Positions 28,884-41,869 of a stretch of 64,000 nt of DNA are shown piece by piece (position 1 is the first letter of the stretch; each line of letters begins with the position of its first letter). Source of the stretch: Polyangiaceae bacterium. GTDB taxonomy: Bacteria > Myxococcota_A > Polyangia > Polyangiales > Polyangiaceae. Below the pieces are notes generated by a model, which saw only the letters and a program-made list of their open reading frames with translations, did not search any database and was not told the DNA's origin. The translations under genes and the position numbers were made by a program. The DNA is taken from positions 816,334-880,333 of the forward strand of contig JAXLYR010000002.1 of the NCBI GenBank assembly GCA_046351325.1, written 5' to 3'.

Positions 28884-30185
28884 TCAGCTGGGGCGCGACG
28901 ACTGTATGCGCTGGATGAGCTCCACGCGAGAGCGCACGCCGAGCTTGCGACAAGCTCGAGAGAGGCGCATCCCGACAGTCGACTCATTGAGGCCGAGCTC
29001 GTAAGCAATCAGCTTGTTGCTGTGCCCCAAGGCGGCGTACGAGACGACCTCGCTCTCGCGGTCGGTCAGGCTTGCGGCGAGAGTCGACGGCCCTGGACGC
29101 GGCCGCGCGTGGGCAAAGAGGAATCGCTTACCGTCGCGATCGAACTGTTCGACGAGCGCCCAGCGACCCTGCACGAGGCCACGCCAGAGCTCGACCGCGA
29201 GGGGCGGGTTCTCGACGCGGAGGCGGCCGCGAACTTTGCCGAGCGTGCGCGCTCTCTGGGTGAGCGCCTCGCGCGAGCTCTTCTCTTTGGCTTCGTCACT
29301 GGCCGCATGCAGAACCCGTCCAGTGCCGGCGTCCAAGATCGCTGCTGCCAACGACTCGAGCGTCGTGCCCGCGGCCCTCGCGTCGATGAGGTGTCTTCGC
29401 AACCGAAAGCCGGCGCCGATATGCGCCAGGAGTCGCCGGAGCAGGCTCTGATCATAACTGCTGCTGGAGCCAGTACGCATCAAAGGGACATTGAGCACAC
29501 AGCCATATCCGCCCGGAGCCTCGGCTACGAGCCTCAAGAAGTCGCGGATGCCGAGGGCGTGGATGCGGCCAATCGCGCCCGACATTGTCTCGAGGATGGG
29601 CCCGCCCGTGGCCTCGCTGGCGACGCTGATGGGCTGTCGCAGAGCGCGCATGAGCGCTGGAGATACATTGGGAGCGCCGTTGAAGAGCGCGCGAAAGGCC
29701 TCATGCCAGCCATCCATACACGCGACGCCAATGGGATCTCCCATGTGGAGCCCCGTGGTCTCCGAGTGCTCGAAGAGGTAAGCCGTTACACCCATCTGCG
29801 CGCCCAACACACCCGTCGCCGCCGCCGCGACGCCCGACAGCCATAGATCGGTGTCCGCTGTCTGGCGGTATGCGGCCTCAATCAGGCCGACTGGATCGGC
29901 CGCGGGCGGCGCCTGTTGCTCGACTCGTGAATCGACGAGAGGTGAGTTCACTGCGAGCTCGGCGCGAGACTGCACGCCCAGCTTTTGATATGCACTCGCG
30001 AGCTGATGAGCGACTGTTCGCTCCGAAGTGCCACGAGCCTCGGCGATCTGCTTGTTTCGTTGGCCGCGAACGGCTGCGCGGACGACGACAACCTCCGCCT
30101 CGGTGAGCCTTCGTTCGGGTGGAACCTCGAAGAGTGCGATGTCCTCGCCGCCCACCGTAAACCGAGTCGCGCGGACGCCCTGCAT
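28884..30185 (-). CDS. LuxR-family transcriptional regulator with two LuxR-type HTH domains (N-terminal and C-terminal)
   Basis: HTH 1: LTEAEVVVVRAAVRGQRNKQIAEARGTSERTVAHQLASAYQKLGVQSRAELAV. HTH 2: LTDRESEVVSYAALGHSNKLIAYELGLNESTVGMRLSRACRKLGVRSRVELI. Start assumed at ATG 30185 (MQGVRATRF). Confidence 0.7.
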   Translation of the reverse strand: MQGVRATRFTVGGEDIALFEVPPERRLTEAEVVVVRAAVRGQRNKQIAEARGTSERTVAHQLASAYQKLGVQSRAELAVNSPLVDSRVEQQAPPAADPVGLIEAAYRQTADTDLWLSGVAAAATGVLGAQMGVTAYLFEHSETTGLHMGDPIGVACMDGWHEAFRALFNGAPNVSPALMRALRQPISVASEATGGPILETMSGAIGRIHALGIRDFLRLVAEAPGGYGCVLNVPLMRTGSSSSYDQSLLRRLLAHIGAGFRLRRHLIDARAAGTTLESLAAAILDAGTGRVLHAASDEAKEKSSREALTQRARTLGKVRGRLRVENPPLAVELWRGLVQGRWALVEQFDRDGKRFLFAHARPRPGPSTLAASLTDRESEVVSYAALGHSNKLIAYELGLNESTVGMRLSRACRKLGVRSRVELIQRIQSSRPS

Positions 30186-30360
30186 CGGCGGAGCGTAGAC
30201 GTCCAAGCAAACATAAACCAGGGCGCCGCTCGGCGAGGGCGTGCCGCTGGACGGCGGCGCTGTGGGGCAACGCAAAGAGCTTGAAACCGCTCAGATCGCG
30301 CAGGCCGCGGGTGGTGTTGTCATTCAACAGGTTGGTCGCGCTCTTGCTAGTCACCGCTCG

Positions 30361-31581
30361 ATGCGAGTGAGAATAGCGACGACTGCTCTTGCCATTGCGC
30401 TCCAGCTCTGCGCCTGTGGCGGTGGAGACCCTGCCAATCCGGATGGCTCCTCGGATGGTGGGAGCGGCACATCCTCCGGCGGGGCCGGGACCGGAGGCTC
30501 GGACCCCGGGCCGACCACGCCACTCATCGACGGCTTCGACATTGATGCTCGAGAAGGGGGATGGTGGCAGTTTCACTATCAATACGTCTGGGACGGCGCC
30601 TCCCTCGAACAGCACGATACGACGTTCCTCTTGGTGCTCGGCGCGCCGCAACAAGTGAATGGGGATCAATGGTTCCCGGTTCACGTCGAGATCCTCGAGA
30701 GCGACGGCAGCGATGCTTCCAACCCGACGTTCGAGTGGCAAATGCTGTCGTTCAGCGGCTACCGGATACGAGGAATCAATGGAGGCGCCCCCGAGCCGCT
30801 CTTCGACGCGATCACGGGTAAGTGGCCAGGCTCGAATGAGGGACTCTTCGCCGACCTCAACCCTGGCGGTCTGCGACAGGCGAGTCGAGACGGTGCCGAC
30901 TGGCGGGTAGCGAAGGGGTCGCTCGACTCGGGCTGTGAATACGTAGAAGGCTACGGCGAAATCTGCGACGGCAGCGCGTCGTCTTATACTGGCTGGGACC
31001 TATTTCGACCCGAGATTGGGCCCGCTGGCAGCTACCGCCAGGGCTGCTCCGGCGGCTGCCTGACGTATTCGTATGACCTACTCGACGCGTCGCCGGACGG
31101 GAGCAGGCCGGAGCCAGTCGGGTGCCCAGTCGGCGAAGGCCTCTATTGCGGGGGCAATGGCGTCGGAGGCGACCCGAACACGCTCTACAACTGCAGCCAA
31201 GGGGAGCTCACCGTCGCAGAGATCTGCACGACGACCTGCGTGAAGGCGCCAGCGGGTACTCCCGACCATTGCGCGTCCTCGTCGGGCTGTGACACCGGTG
31301 TTCACGGATCACCCAGTGGGACGCCGGCCGAATATGACGTGTGCAACGCCTGCTACCAATGCGCGACGGCCAGCGCTTGCGCCGACGAAGCTGCGTCGTT
31401 CTACGGTGACCCCGTCTATCAAGGTTACCTGGACTGTATTACTCCCTGTACGACGCAGACCTGTTTCGACAACTGCGCTGATCTCTACCCAGTAGCGGCC
31501 GGAGAGTACTCTGCTCTTTGGAGTTGTGCGGTGTGCGCGGAGTGCCCAGTCAATTGCGACGCCGCCTCGAGCTGCTTTTAG
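30361..31581 (+). CDS. Lipoprotein with Cys-rich C-terminal region (hypothetical)
   Basis: ATG 30361 gives MRVRIATTALAIALQLCACGGG (lipobox). A Gly/Ser-rich linker. A C-terminal half with about 30 Cys residues (CNACYQCATASACADE..., CAVCAECPVNCDAASSCF). Confidence 0.65.
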   Translation: MRVRIATTALAIALQLCACGGGDPANPDGSSDGGSGTSSGGAGTGGSDPGPTTPLIDGFDIDAREGGWWQFHYQYVWDGASLEQHDTTFLLVLGAPQQVNGDQWFPVHVEILESDGSDASNPTFEWQMLSFSGYRIRGINGGAPEPLFDAITGKWPGSNEGLFADLNPGGLRQASRDGADWRVAKGSLDSGCEYVEGYGEICDGSASSYTGWDLFRPEIGPAGSYRQGCSGGCLTYSYDLLDASPDGSRPEPVGCPVGEGLYCGGNGVGGDPNTLYNCSQGELTVAEICTTTCVKAPAGTPDHCASSSGCDTGVHGSPSGTPAEYDVCNACYQCATASACADEAASFYGDPVYQGYLDCITPCTTQTCFDNCADLYPVAAGEYSALWSCAVCAECPVNCDAASSCF

Positions 31582-31617
31582 CTGCAGCGTTCAGCGACCT
31601 CCACAAAGGAGCTTACA

Positions 31618-32124
31618 ATGGCGCGCCGAGGAATCACCTATCGACAAGAGGCCACCGAGCGGGTCGACTTTCCGTTTCAGTGCCCCGCTGCTTGCGGTTA
31701 CACGGGGGTCGCGACCATCGAACAACGGGCTACGGCTGTCGTCCGGACCGCGAGTCAACAATACAACGCGAGCAACCAGGTCGCCGCGCAGGCGAAAGCG
31801 AGCGCCGTCGCGCGCGAGATCGGAACCGACATCCTGAGGGTCGCGCGGTGCCCCCAATGCGGGCGACGACCGAGCAGCGGCGTGGTCCGCGTCATCGTCA
31901 AGAATTGGTTCATCGCGAGCGTCTTCTTCGCGATCGCCGGGGTCTTTCTGCAGGTCGCCTTTACCACGGTGCTCTTCGGCAGCCTGCGGCTGAACAGTAC
32001 GTTTCTTCAGCTCGCGGCTGGCGCTTTCGGGCTGCTCATGGCGATCGTCGGGCTCATCTATGCTGGCAGCCCGTGGTCCCATATGAAGCGGGCGGACGCC
32101 GCCGCGACGTTTACGCCCGAATAG
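31618..32124 (+). CDS. Zinc-ribbon-containing membrane protein (hypothetical)
   Basis: CPAACGYTG...CPQCGRRP (CxxC...CxxC), followed by two hydrophobic helices. Moderate confidence. Confidence 0.5.
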   Translation: MARRGITYRQEATERVDFPFQCPAACGYTGVATIEQRATAVVRTASQQYNASNQVAAQAKASAVAREIGTDILRVARCPQCGRRPSSGVVRVIVKNWFIASVFFAIAGVFLQVAFTTVLFGSLRLNSTFLQLAAGAFGLLMAIVGLIYAGSPWSHMKRADAAATFTPE

Positions 32125-32227
32125 TGACAAGAATGTCAGCACCGCGGGTGAGTGTCGCGTCGACGCGTCGGACACGACTGTAAGTCATCGCCCGATGTGA
32201 TTGATCCGCATCGTTGAGCCCCAACCG

Positions 32228-36523
<4,296 letters not shown>

Positions 36524-36650
36524 GTCCGCGCCGAGGTCAGCGCGATACCGCGCGAGGGTCAGCTCCTGAAGTGTCGCGAGTGAGATACAATTCTATGTAA
36601 CAGATACATAATAGGCCCCGCAATTGCGCCATTTTCAGCGGTGCGGATGA

Positions 36651-36666
36651 CGGCACGGACCCTGCG
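36651..36666 (+). promoter_or_regulatory. Sigma-54-like -24/-12 promoter candidate cGGCACggaccCTGCg upstream of the Cys-rich repeat lipoprotein gene
   Basis: GG at 36652-36653 and GC at 36664-36665 (12-nt spacing) lie ~38 nt upstream of ATG 36703. The intergenic region is AT-richer than its surroundings and is shared with the divergent sigma-54 activator fusion gene. Confidence 0.4.
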
Positions 36667-36702
36667 AATGGGAGGGCCGAACCCAACCCGTGAGGTCCTA
36701 AA

Positions 36703-37251
36703 ATGTTCGACTCCTTGAAGCTCGTCGTCCCCGCTGCGCTCGGTCTCCTCTTCGTCGCTTGCAACGCCGAGGTCGACAAGCCCGAGAACGTCGGCTCCGA
36801 CGCGAAGGCGATAGCGTGCAGCCAAGACGGCGAGTGCTTGGCCGGCGCGCTCTGTTCGAACGGGGCCTGCGTCACCGCGTGCGCGACCGACGCCGACTGC
36901 GCTGCGGGGGAGGTCTGTTACGACGGAGGCTGCCTCGTCGTGAGCGCCGACGACTGCGCGACCGACGCCGACTGCGCGGAGGGTGTTTGTCAGGCGGGGC
37001 AGTGCGCGAGCGAGCCGCCCATCCTGACGTGTGCGACCGACGCGGACTGCGGCGAGGGCGCCGCGTGTGTGGACGGTGAGTGCGAGGTGATCGGCTCGAT
37101 CGGCGAGGCCTGCGCGACAGACGCGGACTGCGGCGTGAACCAGGTCTGCATGTCCGGCGAGTGCACCGCGAACTCGACGGGCGTAGCCTGCTCGAGCGAC
37201 GCGGACTGCCCTGAATCTCAAGTTTGCGTGAACGGCACCTGCTCGAACTGA
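36703..37251 (+). CDS. Lipoprotein made of five tandem Myxococcus-type cysteine-rich repeats (C-ATDADC-x-G-x-C-x-G-x-C)
   Basis: Signal/lipobox LLFVACNAE. Repeats CATDADCAAGEVCYDGGC, CATDADCAEGVCQAGQC, CATDADCGEGAACVDGEC, CATDADCGVNQVCMSGEC, CSSDADCPESQVCVNGTC. Confidence 0.75.
   Translation: MFDSLKLVVPAALGLLFVACNAEVDKPENVGSDAKAIACSQDGECLAGALCSNGACVTACATDADCAAGEVCYDGGCLVVSADDCATDADCAEGVCQAGQCASEPPILTCATDADCGEGAACVDGECEVIGSIGEACATDADCGVNQVCMSGECTANSTGVACSSDADCPESQVCVNGTCSN
36880..37215 (+). repeat. Imperfect tandem DNA repeats (~70-80 nt period) with a core tgcgcgaccgacgccgactgcg, encoding the ATDADC Cys-rich protein repeats
   Basis: The core recurs near 36886, 36955, 37024, 37105 and 37193, and once more at 37719 in the next gene. 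Confidence 0.5.
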
Positions 37252-37263
37252 TCTCGAACGGCC

Positions 37264-37779
37264 ATGCGCTCCTTCCTCTCGGCTCTCGTCGCGGCTGCGT
37301 TCACGAGCTGGGTCGCCTCTTGCGCGACGCCGCTCCCGGACCCGCCGGACGTCGACACCGCGCAGATGTCGCTCGTCGCTGCTGACACGAGCGTAACTCT
37401 CGAGGGCCAGAACGGAGCGCTGAACCCGGGCGGCTTCACGCTGCGGGTGACGGACACGGTCTCGCTCACCGCCGTAGAAGTGCCAGTCGACGCTCAGGGC
37501 GCGTTCACCGCGACGGTCTTGGGGAGCATCGACGACCCCCTGTGGCTCGAGTCCGCGGACAGCGACGAGTTCCTGGGCGTGGTCGGGACCGACGGCGGTG
37601 GCGGCGTCGTTCCTCTCGACTCGGGCGCTGACAGCGACAGCGACGGCTCCCCCGACGCTGTCGACTGCGCGCCCAATGACAACCAGGTTGAGGGTAGCGC
37701 CTGCGGCGGCGTCTGCACGACGGACGCCGACTGCGTCGACGCGTTTGTCTGCCAGTCGGGCCGCTGCTCCGCCAACTAG
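37264..37779 (+). CDS. Lipoprotein with a single C-terminal Myxococcus-type Cys-rich repeat
   Basis: Signal/lipobox FTSWVASCATP. Asp/Ser-rich linker. C-terminal CTTDADCVDAFVCQSGRC. Confidence 0.65.
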   Translation: MRSFLSALVAAAFTSWVASCATPLPDPPDVDTAQMSLVAADTSVTLEGQNGALNPGGFTLRVTDTVSLTAVEVPVDAQGAFTATVLGSIDDPLWLESADSDEFLGVVGTDGGGGVVPLDSGADSDSDGSPDAVDCAPNDNQVEGSACGGVCTTDADCVDAFVCQSGRCSAN

Positions 37780-37800
37780 TCCGGACCGGCGCTCCCGCTT

Positions 37801-37820
37801 GGCTTACGGCGATGTAAGCC
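37801..37820 (+). terminator. Intrinsic-terminator-like hairpin GGCTTAC-ggcgat-GTAAGCC followed by ATTTG
   Basis: A 7-bp perfect stem, 22 nt after the stop at 37779, followed by a short T-tract. It lies in a locally AT-richer gap. Confidence 0.3.
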
Positions 37821-37904
37821 ATTTGCTGCGGTTCAGTCCGTCATAGTCCCCGAGGACCGAAATCGGAGGGTGACGAAACGGACTCTATATGCTAACCGCA
37901 TTGG

Positions 37905-38423
37905 ATGGCCGCTACGCGACAGAGAGAGGGGCGCCGCTCGCTCCTCGACCAGCGCTCGTCGCGAGCCTCCTTTGCGGCGTTCTGGGTCACACTCCTTTGC
38001 CTGGGCGCCGCCCTCGTCGGCGTCGCGTGGTTCGGGGTGGGCGCGGGGCGCGTCGCGGCCTTTGATTACAGCTCCGTAAGCAATGGCCCGGCGCTGACGG
38101 TCGACGGCGCCCCCACCCCCGAGGCCCTGGTTCGCACGGGTGCGCTCACGGGGCGCCTCTTCGCTCGCGCCGACGGCGCGGCTGAGGACCGGGGCGCCGA
38201 CGCCCTCGACGGCTCGAACGGCAAGGGCAAAGCGGGCAACGCTCGTGACGCACTTGTAAGCGGAGCGGGTGGCCCGGCGCCCGTCTTGGGCCCAGCCGAG
38301 TTCACCCGCGTCTCGGCCCAGCTCTTCGGGGCTGCGCGGCGCGCTGGCGGCGCAGCCTACGAGCCAGTGCCGGCACGGGCCACCGTGTCCACGCGCGGCT
38401 CGCGCGCCCCACCCGCCGCCTGA
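37905..38423 (+). CDS. Hypothetical protein with one predicted TM helix. Weak call.
   Basis: ORF with acceptable GC3 in a gap free of other genes. Hydrophobic stretch FAAFWVTLLCLGAALVGVAWFGV. No recognisable domain. Confidence 0.3.
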   Translation: MAATRQREGRRSLLDQRSSRASFAAFWVTLLCLGAALVGVAWFGVGAGRVAAFDYSSVSNGPALTVDGAPTPEALVRTGALTGRLFARADGAAEDRGADALDGSNGKGKAGNARDALVSGAGGPAPVLGPAEFTRVSAQLFGAARRAGGAAYEPVPARATVSTRGSRAPPAA

Positions 38424-38600
38424 AGACCGCGCCAGCGCGTTCGCCGGCTACGCGTCGACTGTTCGGTAAAAACACCGAGCGGGCGTAGCCCAGGGCGCGT
38501 CGCGCTTACACGCTAGTCACTGGACGAGACCGTCCAAGAATGGCGTCTGCTCGACGTCGTAGCCACTTCACGCGTAGCTGCCAGTCCTTCGAGGTGCGTC

Positions 38601-40121
38601 GTGCATCATGAGCTGGAATCCATCCTGTTTGCGCTCGCCGTAGGGGCCGGCGTCGTCATCGCGGCCAAGCGCGCGCGCTTGCCGTACAACGTCGCCCTCG
38701 TCGTCGTCGGCCTCCTCGCGGCGTTCGCGGGCGTGCTCCCGCGCCAGCCGCTCTCGCCGGACGTCGTGCTCTACATCTTCTTGCCGGCGCTCGTCTTCGA
38801 GGCTGCGCTCTTCGCGGACGCCGATCAGCTCTCCAGAGCGCGAGGTCCAATCCTGCTCTTGGCGATCCCCGGGGTCGCGATCTCGCTCCTCGCGACGGGC
38901 GCGATCGCGACGTGGGCGCTCGATCTGCCCATCTTCGTGGCGCTCCTCTTGGGTGCGCTCCTCGCGATCACCGACACGGTGAGCGTGCTCGTCGCGTTTC
39001 GGGCCGTGCGCGTGCCGCATCGGCTCGCCGCCATCATGGAGGGCGAGAGCCTCTTCAACGACGGTACGGCGCTGGTCCTCGTCGCGCTGTGCTCGGCCGC
39101 GGTTCAGCGCGGCGAGCTCGATTGGGTGGGTTCGGTGACGGGCCTCGTCCTCGCGATCGTCGGTGGGTCGGTCATCGGCGGGGCGCTCGGCGCGCTCGGC
39201 GCGGCCGTGATGCGCAGGGCCGCGCCCGACCACCTGACGGTGATCCTCTCGAGCGTGGTGCTCGTCTTCGGCACCTCGCTCCTCGCCGAGCGCGCGCACA
39301 CGTCGTTCGTGATCGCGGTCGTCGTCGCCGGCATGGTCATCGGTCGCGCCGCGCGTCGCGATCTCGAGCCCTCAAGGCTGATCGCGCTGCAGGGGTTCTG
39401 GGAGACCGCGGGCTTCGGCATCAACGTCTTCCTCTTTCTCCTCGTCGGCATGCAGATCGATACGTCGCGCCTCTTCGCCGAGGCCTCCAACATCGGGCTC
39501 GCGCTCGTCGCGCTGCACGCGGGGCGCGCGGTCGCGGTGTACGGCTCGTTCGCCGGGGTGCGGCGACTCTTGCGCGAGCGTGTGCCCATGCGCTGGCAAC
39601 ACGTGATGGTCGTCGGCAACGTGAAGGGCGCGCTGTCGATGGCCGCGGTGCTCGCGCTGCCGATCGACCTGCCCTTCAGGGAGCGGCTCGTCACGATCGT
39701 CTTCGGCGTGACCCTCGTGACGCTGCTCACGCAGGGCCTGCCGTTCAAATGGATCGTCGCGCGGCTCGGCATCGCGGAGCCTCAGGCGGACCTCGAGCTC
39801 GAGCGCGCGCGGGCCACGCTCATCTCGGCGAAGCGCGGCCTGAGCGAGCTCGGCGCGCTGCTCGAGGCCGGCCTGCTCTCACGCAAGGAGCACGCGGAGG
39901 AGAGCGCGACCCTGCAGCGAGACGTGATCGCCGCCGAGCATCGCGTGCGTCGAGCCTCGCTCGAGTCGGGCGCCGATCCGCGCATCGCGATGGCGGTGCT
40001 CCTCAGCCGCAAGGCCGCGGTCGCCGACGCCGCGCGCCGGGGAATCCTCGCGCACGAGGTCGCCGAGGTCGAAATCGCAGAGCTCGACGAGCGCTTGGTC
40101 GCGCTCGCCGAGGGGCACTGA
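38601..40121 (+). CDS. Na+/H+ (cation:proton) antiporter, CPA1/NhaP type, with C-terminal cytoplasmic regulatory tail
   Basis: About 10-12 hydrophobic helices. Motifs FLPALVFEAAL, ITDTVSV, ESLFNDGTALVL. Coiled C-terminal region. Confidence 0.85.
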   Translation: MHHELESILFALAVGAGVVIAAKRARLPYNVALVVVGLLAAFAGVLPRQPLSPDVVLYIFLPALVFEAALFADADQLSRARGPILLLAIPGVAISLLATGAIATWALDLPIFVALLLGALLAITDTVSVLVAFRAVRVPHRLAAIMEGESLFNDGTALVLVALCSAAVQRGELDWVGSVTGLVLAIVGGSVIGGALGALGAAVMRRAAPDHLTVILSSVVLVFGTSLLAERAHTSFVIAVVVAGMVIGRAARRDLEPSRLIALQGFWETAGFGINVFLFLLVGMQIDTSRLFAEASNIGLALVALHAGRAVAVYGSFAGVRRLLRERVPMRWQHVMVVGNVKGALSMAAVLALPIDLPFRERLVTIVFGVTLVTLLTQGLPFKWIVARLGIAEPQADLELERARATLISAKRGLSELGALLEAGLLSRKEHAEESATLQRDVIAAEHRVRRASLESGADPRIAMAVLLSRKAAVADAARRGILAHEVAEVEIAELDERLVALAEGH

Positions 40122-40136
40122 AGGACGGAGAGAACC

Positions 40137-40856
40137 ATGCGAATCGTCGTCGCAGGAGGAGGCCGAGTCGGCCTCGCCATGGCTTCCCACCTCGCGAGCG
40201 TGGGCCACGCGGTCACGCTCATCGACCTCGAGCCCGACGTCGCGAAGGTCGCGTTCGAGGCGCACGGGCTCGTCGCGCTCGCGGGCGACGCGACCGATCC
40301 GCGCATGCTCGCCGAGGCGGACGCCGCGCACGCGGACGTCGTCGTCACGATGCTGCCGCGCGACGCGGACAACCTCGGGGTCGCGGCCCTCGCGCGGGGG
40401 ATGGGCGCGCGCCGGATCATGGGTCGCGTCAAGGACGCAGCCTATCGACCGCTGCTTCGCAGCGCGGGCGTCGATCGCATCCTCTCGGAGACCGAGGTCT
40501 TCATCGGCGCGCTCGCGGTCGCGATCGAACACGAGGCCGTCAAGACCTCGATGCTCGTCGGCGCGGGGCGCGCGGTTGCCTTCGAACTCGAGCTGGCCTC
40601 GGAGTCCGCAGTGTCGGGCAAGACCGTGAGCGAAATCGCACGCGATCCGGCCTTCCCGAGCTCGTGTGTCGTCGCCGGGCTCGTTCAAGTCGGCGGTCGC
40701 GTCGACATGCCGCGCGGGGCCTCGGTCCTCGAGCAGGGCGTGACGCTCCTGCTCGTCGCTTCGCGCGAGGACGTGGGCGCTTCCGTGGAGTTTTTCAGCA
40801 AAAAGCAAACAACAAAGGAGAACGGTCGAGATGGAAACGAAGTCGCAGGAAGATAA
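40137..40856 (+). CDS. TrkA-N/TrkA-C (RCK) domain protein
   Basis: Rossmann motif MRIVVAGGGRVGLAMA. A TrkA-C-like C-terminal half. Immediately downstream of the antiporter gene. Confidence 0.8.
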   Translation: MRIVVAGGGRVGLAMASHLASVGHAVTLIDLEPDVAKVAFEAHGLVALAGDATDPRMLAEADAAHADVVVTMLPRDADNLGVAALARGMGARRIMGRVKDAAYRPLLRSAGVDRILSETEVFIGALAVAIEHEAVKTSMLVGAGRAVAFELELASESAVSGKTVSEIARDPAFPSSCVVAGLVQVGGRVDMPRGASVLEQGVTLLLVASREDVGASVEFFSKKQTTKENGRDGNEVAGR

Positions 40857-41010
40857 CAAGAAAGTAAGTTCGAAGTTCCGGCCGCGCGGCACCGAGCCGA
40901 AGGAGCCCGAGGCTCCCCCGAAGGCAGAGCCTCACTCGGCGCTCGTCCCCGTCCTCTGGGTCGTGGTGCCGATCGTGCTGCTCATCGCCTACGCGGCGTG
41001 CTCGGGCTGA
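40831..41010 (+). CDS. Possible 59-aa small protein with a Lys/Glu-rich N-terminus and a C-terminal TM helix. Weak call.
   Basis: ATG 40831 preceded by AAAGGAGAACGG. It encodes METKSQEDNKKVSSKFRPRG...LVPVLWVVVPIVLLIAYAACSG. It overlaps the 3' end of the TrkA-domain gene in another frame and is below the ORF-track size cutoff. Confidence 0.3.
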   Translation: METKSQEDNKKVSSKFRPRGTEPKEPEAPPKAEPHSALVPVLWVVVPIVLLIAYAACSG

Positions 41011-41011
41011 G

Positions 41012-41767
41012 TCAGCGAGCCCCGGCGCAGATCGCAGCGTAAGCGGCGTTGAGTCGACCGAGCTCGAGCTCGAGCTCACGGCGGCGCGCGCCGCTCGCGT
41101 TCGGGTGCAGATCCGGATGGAGCGCGCGAGCCCGCGTGCGGAACGCGTGCTTGATCTCTCGCAGGTCGGGCTCGCCTCGCAGGCCGAAGAGCTCCGTCGG
41201 GGCCTCTCTGTCGTCGCGCGCGCCCGCTCCGCCGAGGCAGTTCGCGAGCCTCGCGAATTTCAGGAAGGCCGCGATCCGATAGCGAGACACGCGGCAGCGC
41301 GGGCCGAGCTCTCGCGCGCTGCACGGCTGGGTGAGGGCTCGCGCGAGGCGCTCGTCGAGCACGTCGAGGAGCGCTTCGCTCGGGAGCGGACGCGTCAGCT
41401 TCAGGGATGCGTCGCGCGACCAGGCCTCGATCTCGAGCGCTTCGTCGTGGCGCAGCGATCGCTCCACGAGGCCGCGCGCCCAACGCGCGAGCTCGACGGA
41501 CGAGCGCGCCCCGAGCGTCGAGGCCTCGCCGTCGACGAAGCGCACGGACGCGTGCTCGGTGAGCGCGTCGAGCTCACGCAGCACGCGTCGCCCGAGAGGA
41601 TCGGGGCCGTCCACCTCGGCGCGCCCTGCGACGACGCGCACGCGGTGGACCGAGGTCGAGGACGGCTGCGATCGTGCGATGAGCCAACCCGTCGCTCGCC
41701 GCTCTGCGACGTCGAGCGCGAGTCGGACGAGCGCGTCGAGGTCTTGCACACAGGTCGCTTCCCTCAT
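41012..41767 (-). CDS. Protein with a C-terminal J (DnaJ) domain
   Basis: ATG at 41767 (MREATCVQDL...). The C-terminal J-domain has the HPD motif: ELFGLRGEPDLREIKHAFRTRARALHPDLHPNASG...LNAAYAAI. The upstream 500 codons of ORF 41012..43270 are antisense of the histidine kinase gene and are rejected. Confidence 0.65.
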   Translation of the reverse strand: MREATCVQDLDALVRLALDVAERRATGWLIARSQPSSTSVHRVRVVAGRAEVDGPDPLGRRVLRELDALTEHASVRFVDGEASTLGARSSVELARWARGLVERSLRHDEALEIEAWSRDASLKLTRPLPSEALLDVLDERLARALTQPCSARELGPRCRVSRYRIAAFLKFARLANCLGGAGARDDREAPTELFGLRGEPDLREIKHAFRTRARALHPDLHPNASGARRRELELELGRLNAAYAAICAGAR

Positions 41768-41869
41768 TTTTCGCTCGAGGGCCAAGATCGCAGCTTGCGC
41801 TACCCGCAGCTTGTTAAGCGAGTGTTTGGCGAGGCGAGTGGCTCGGTGCGTGGTGCTAGCGTCACGCTC

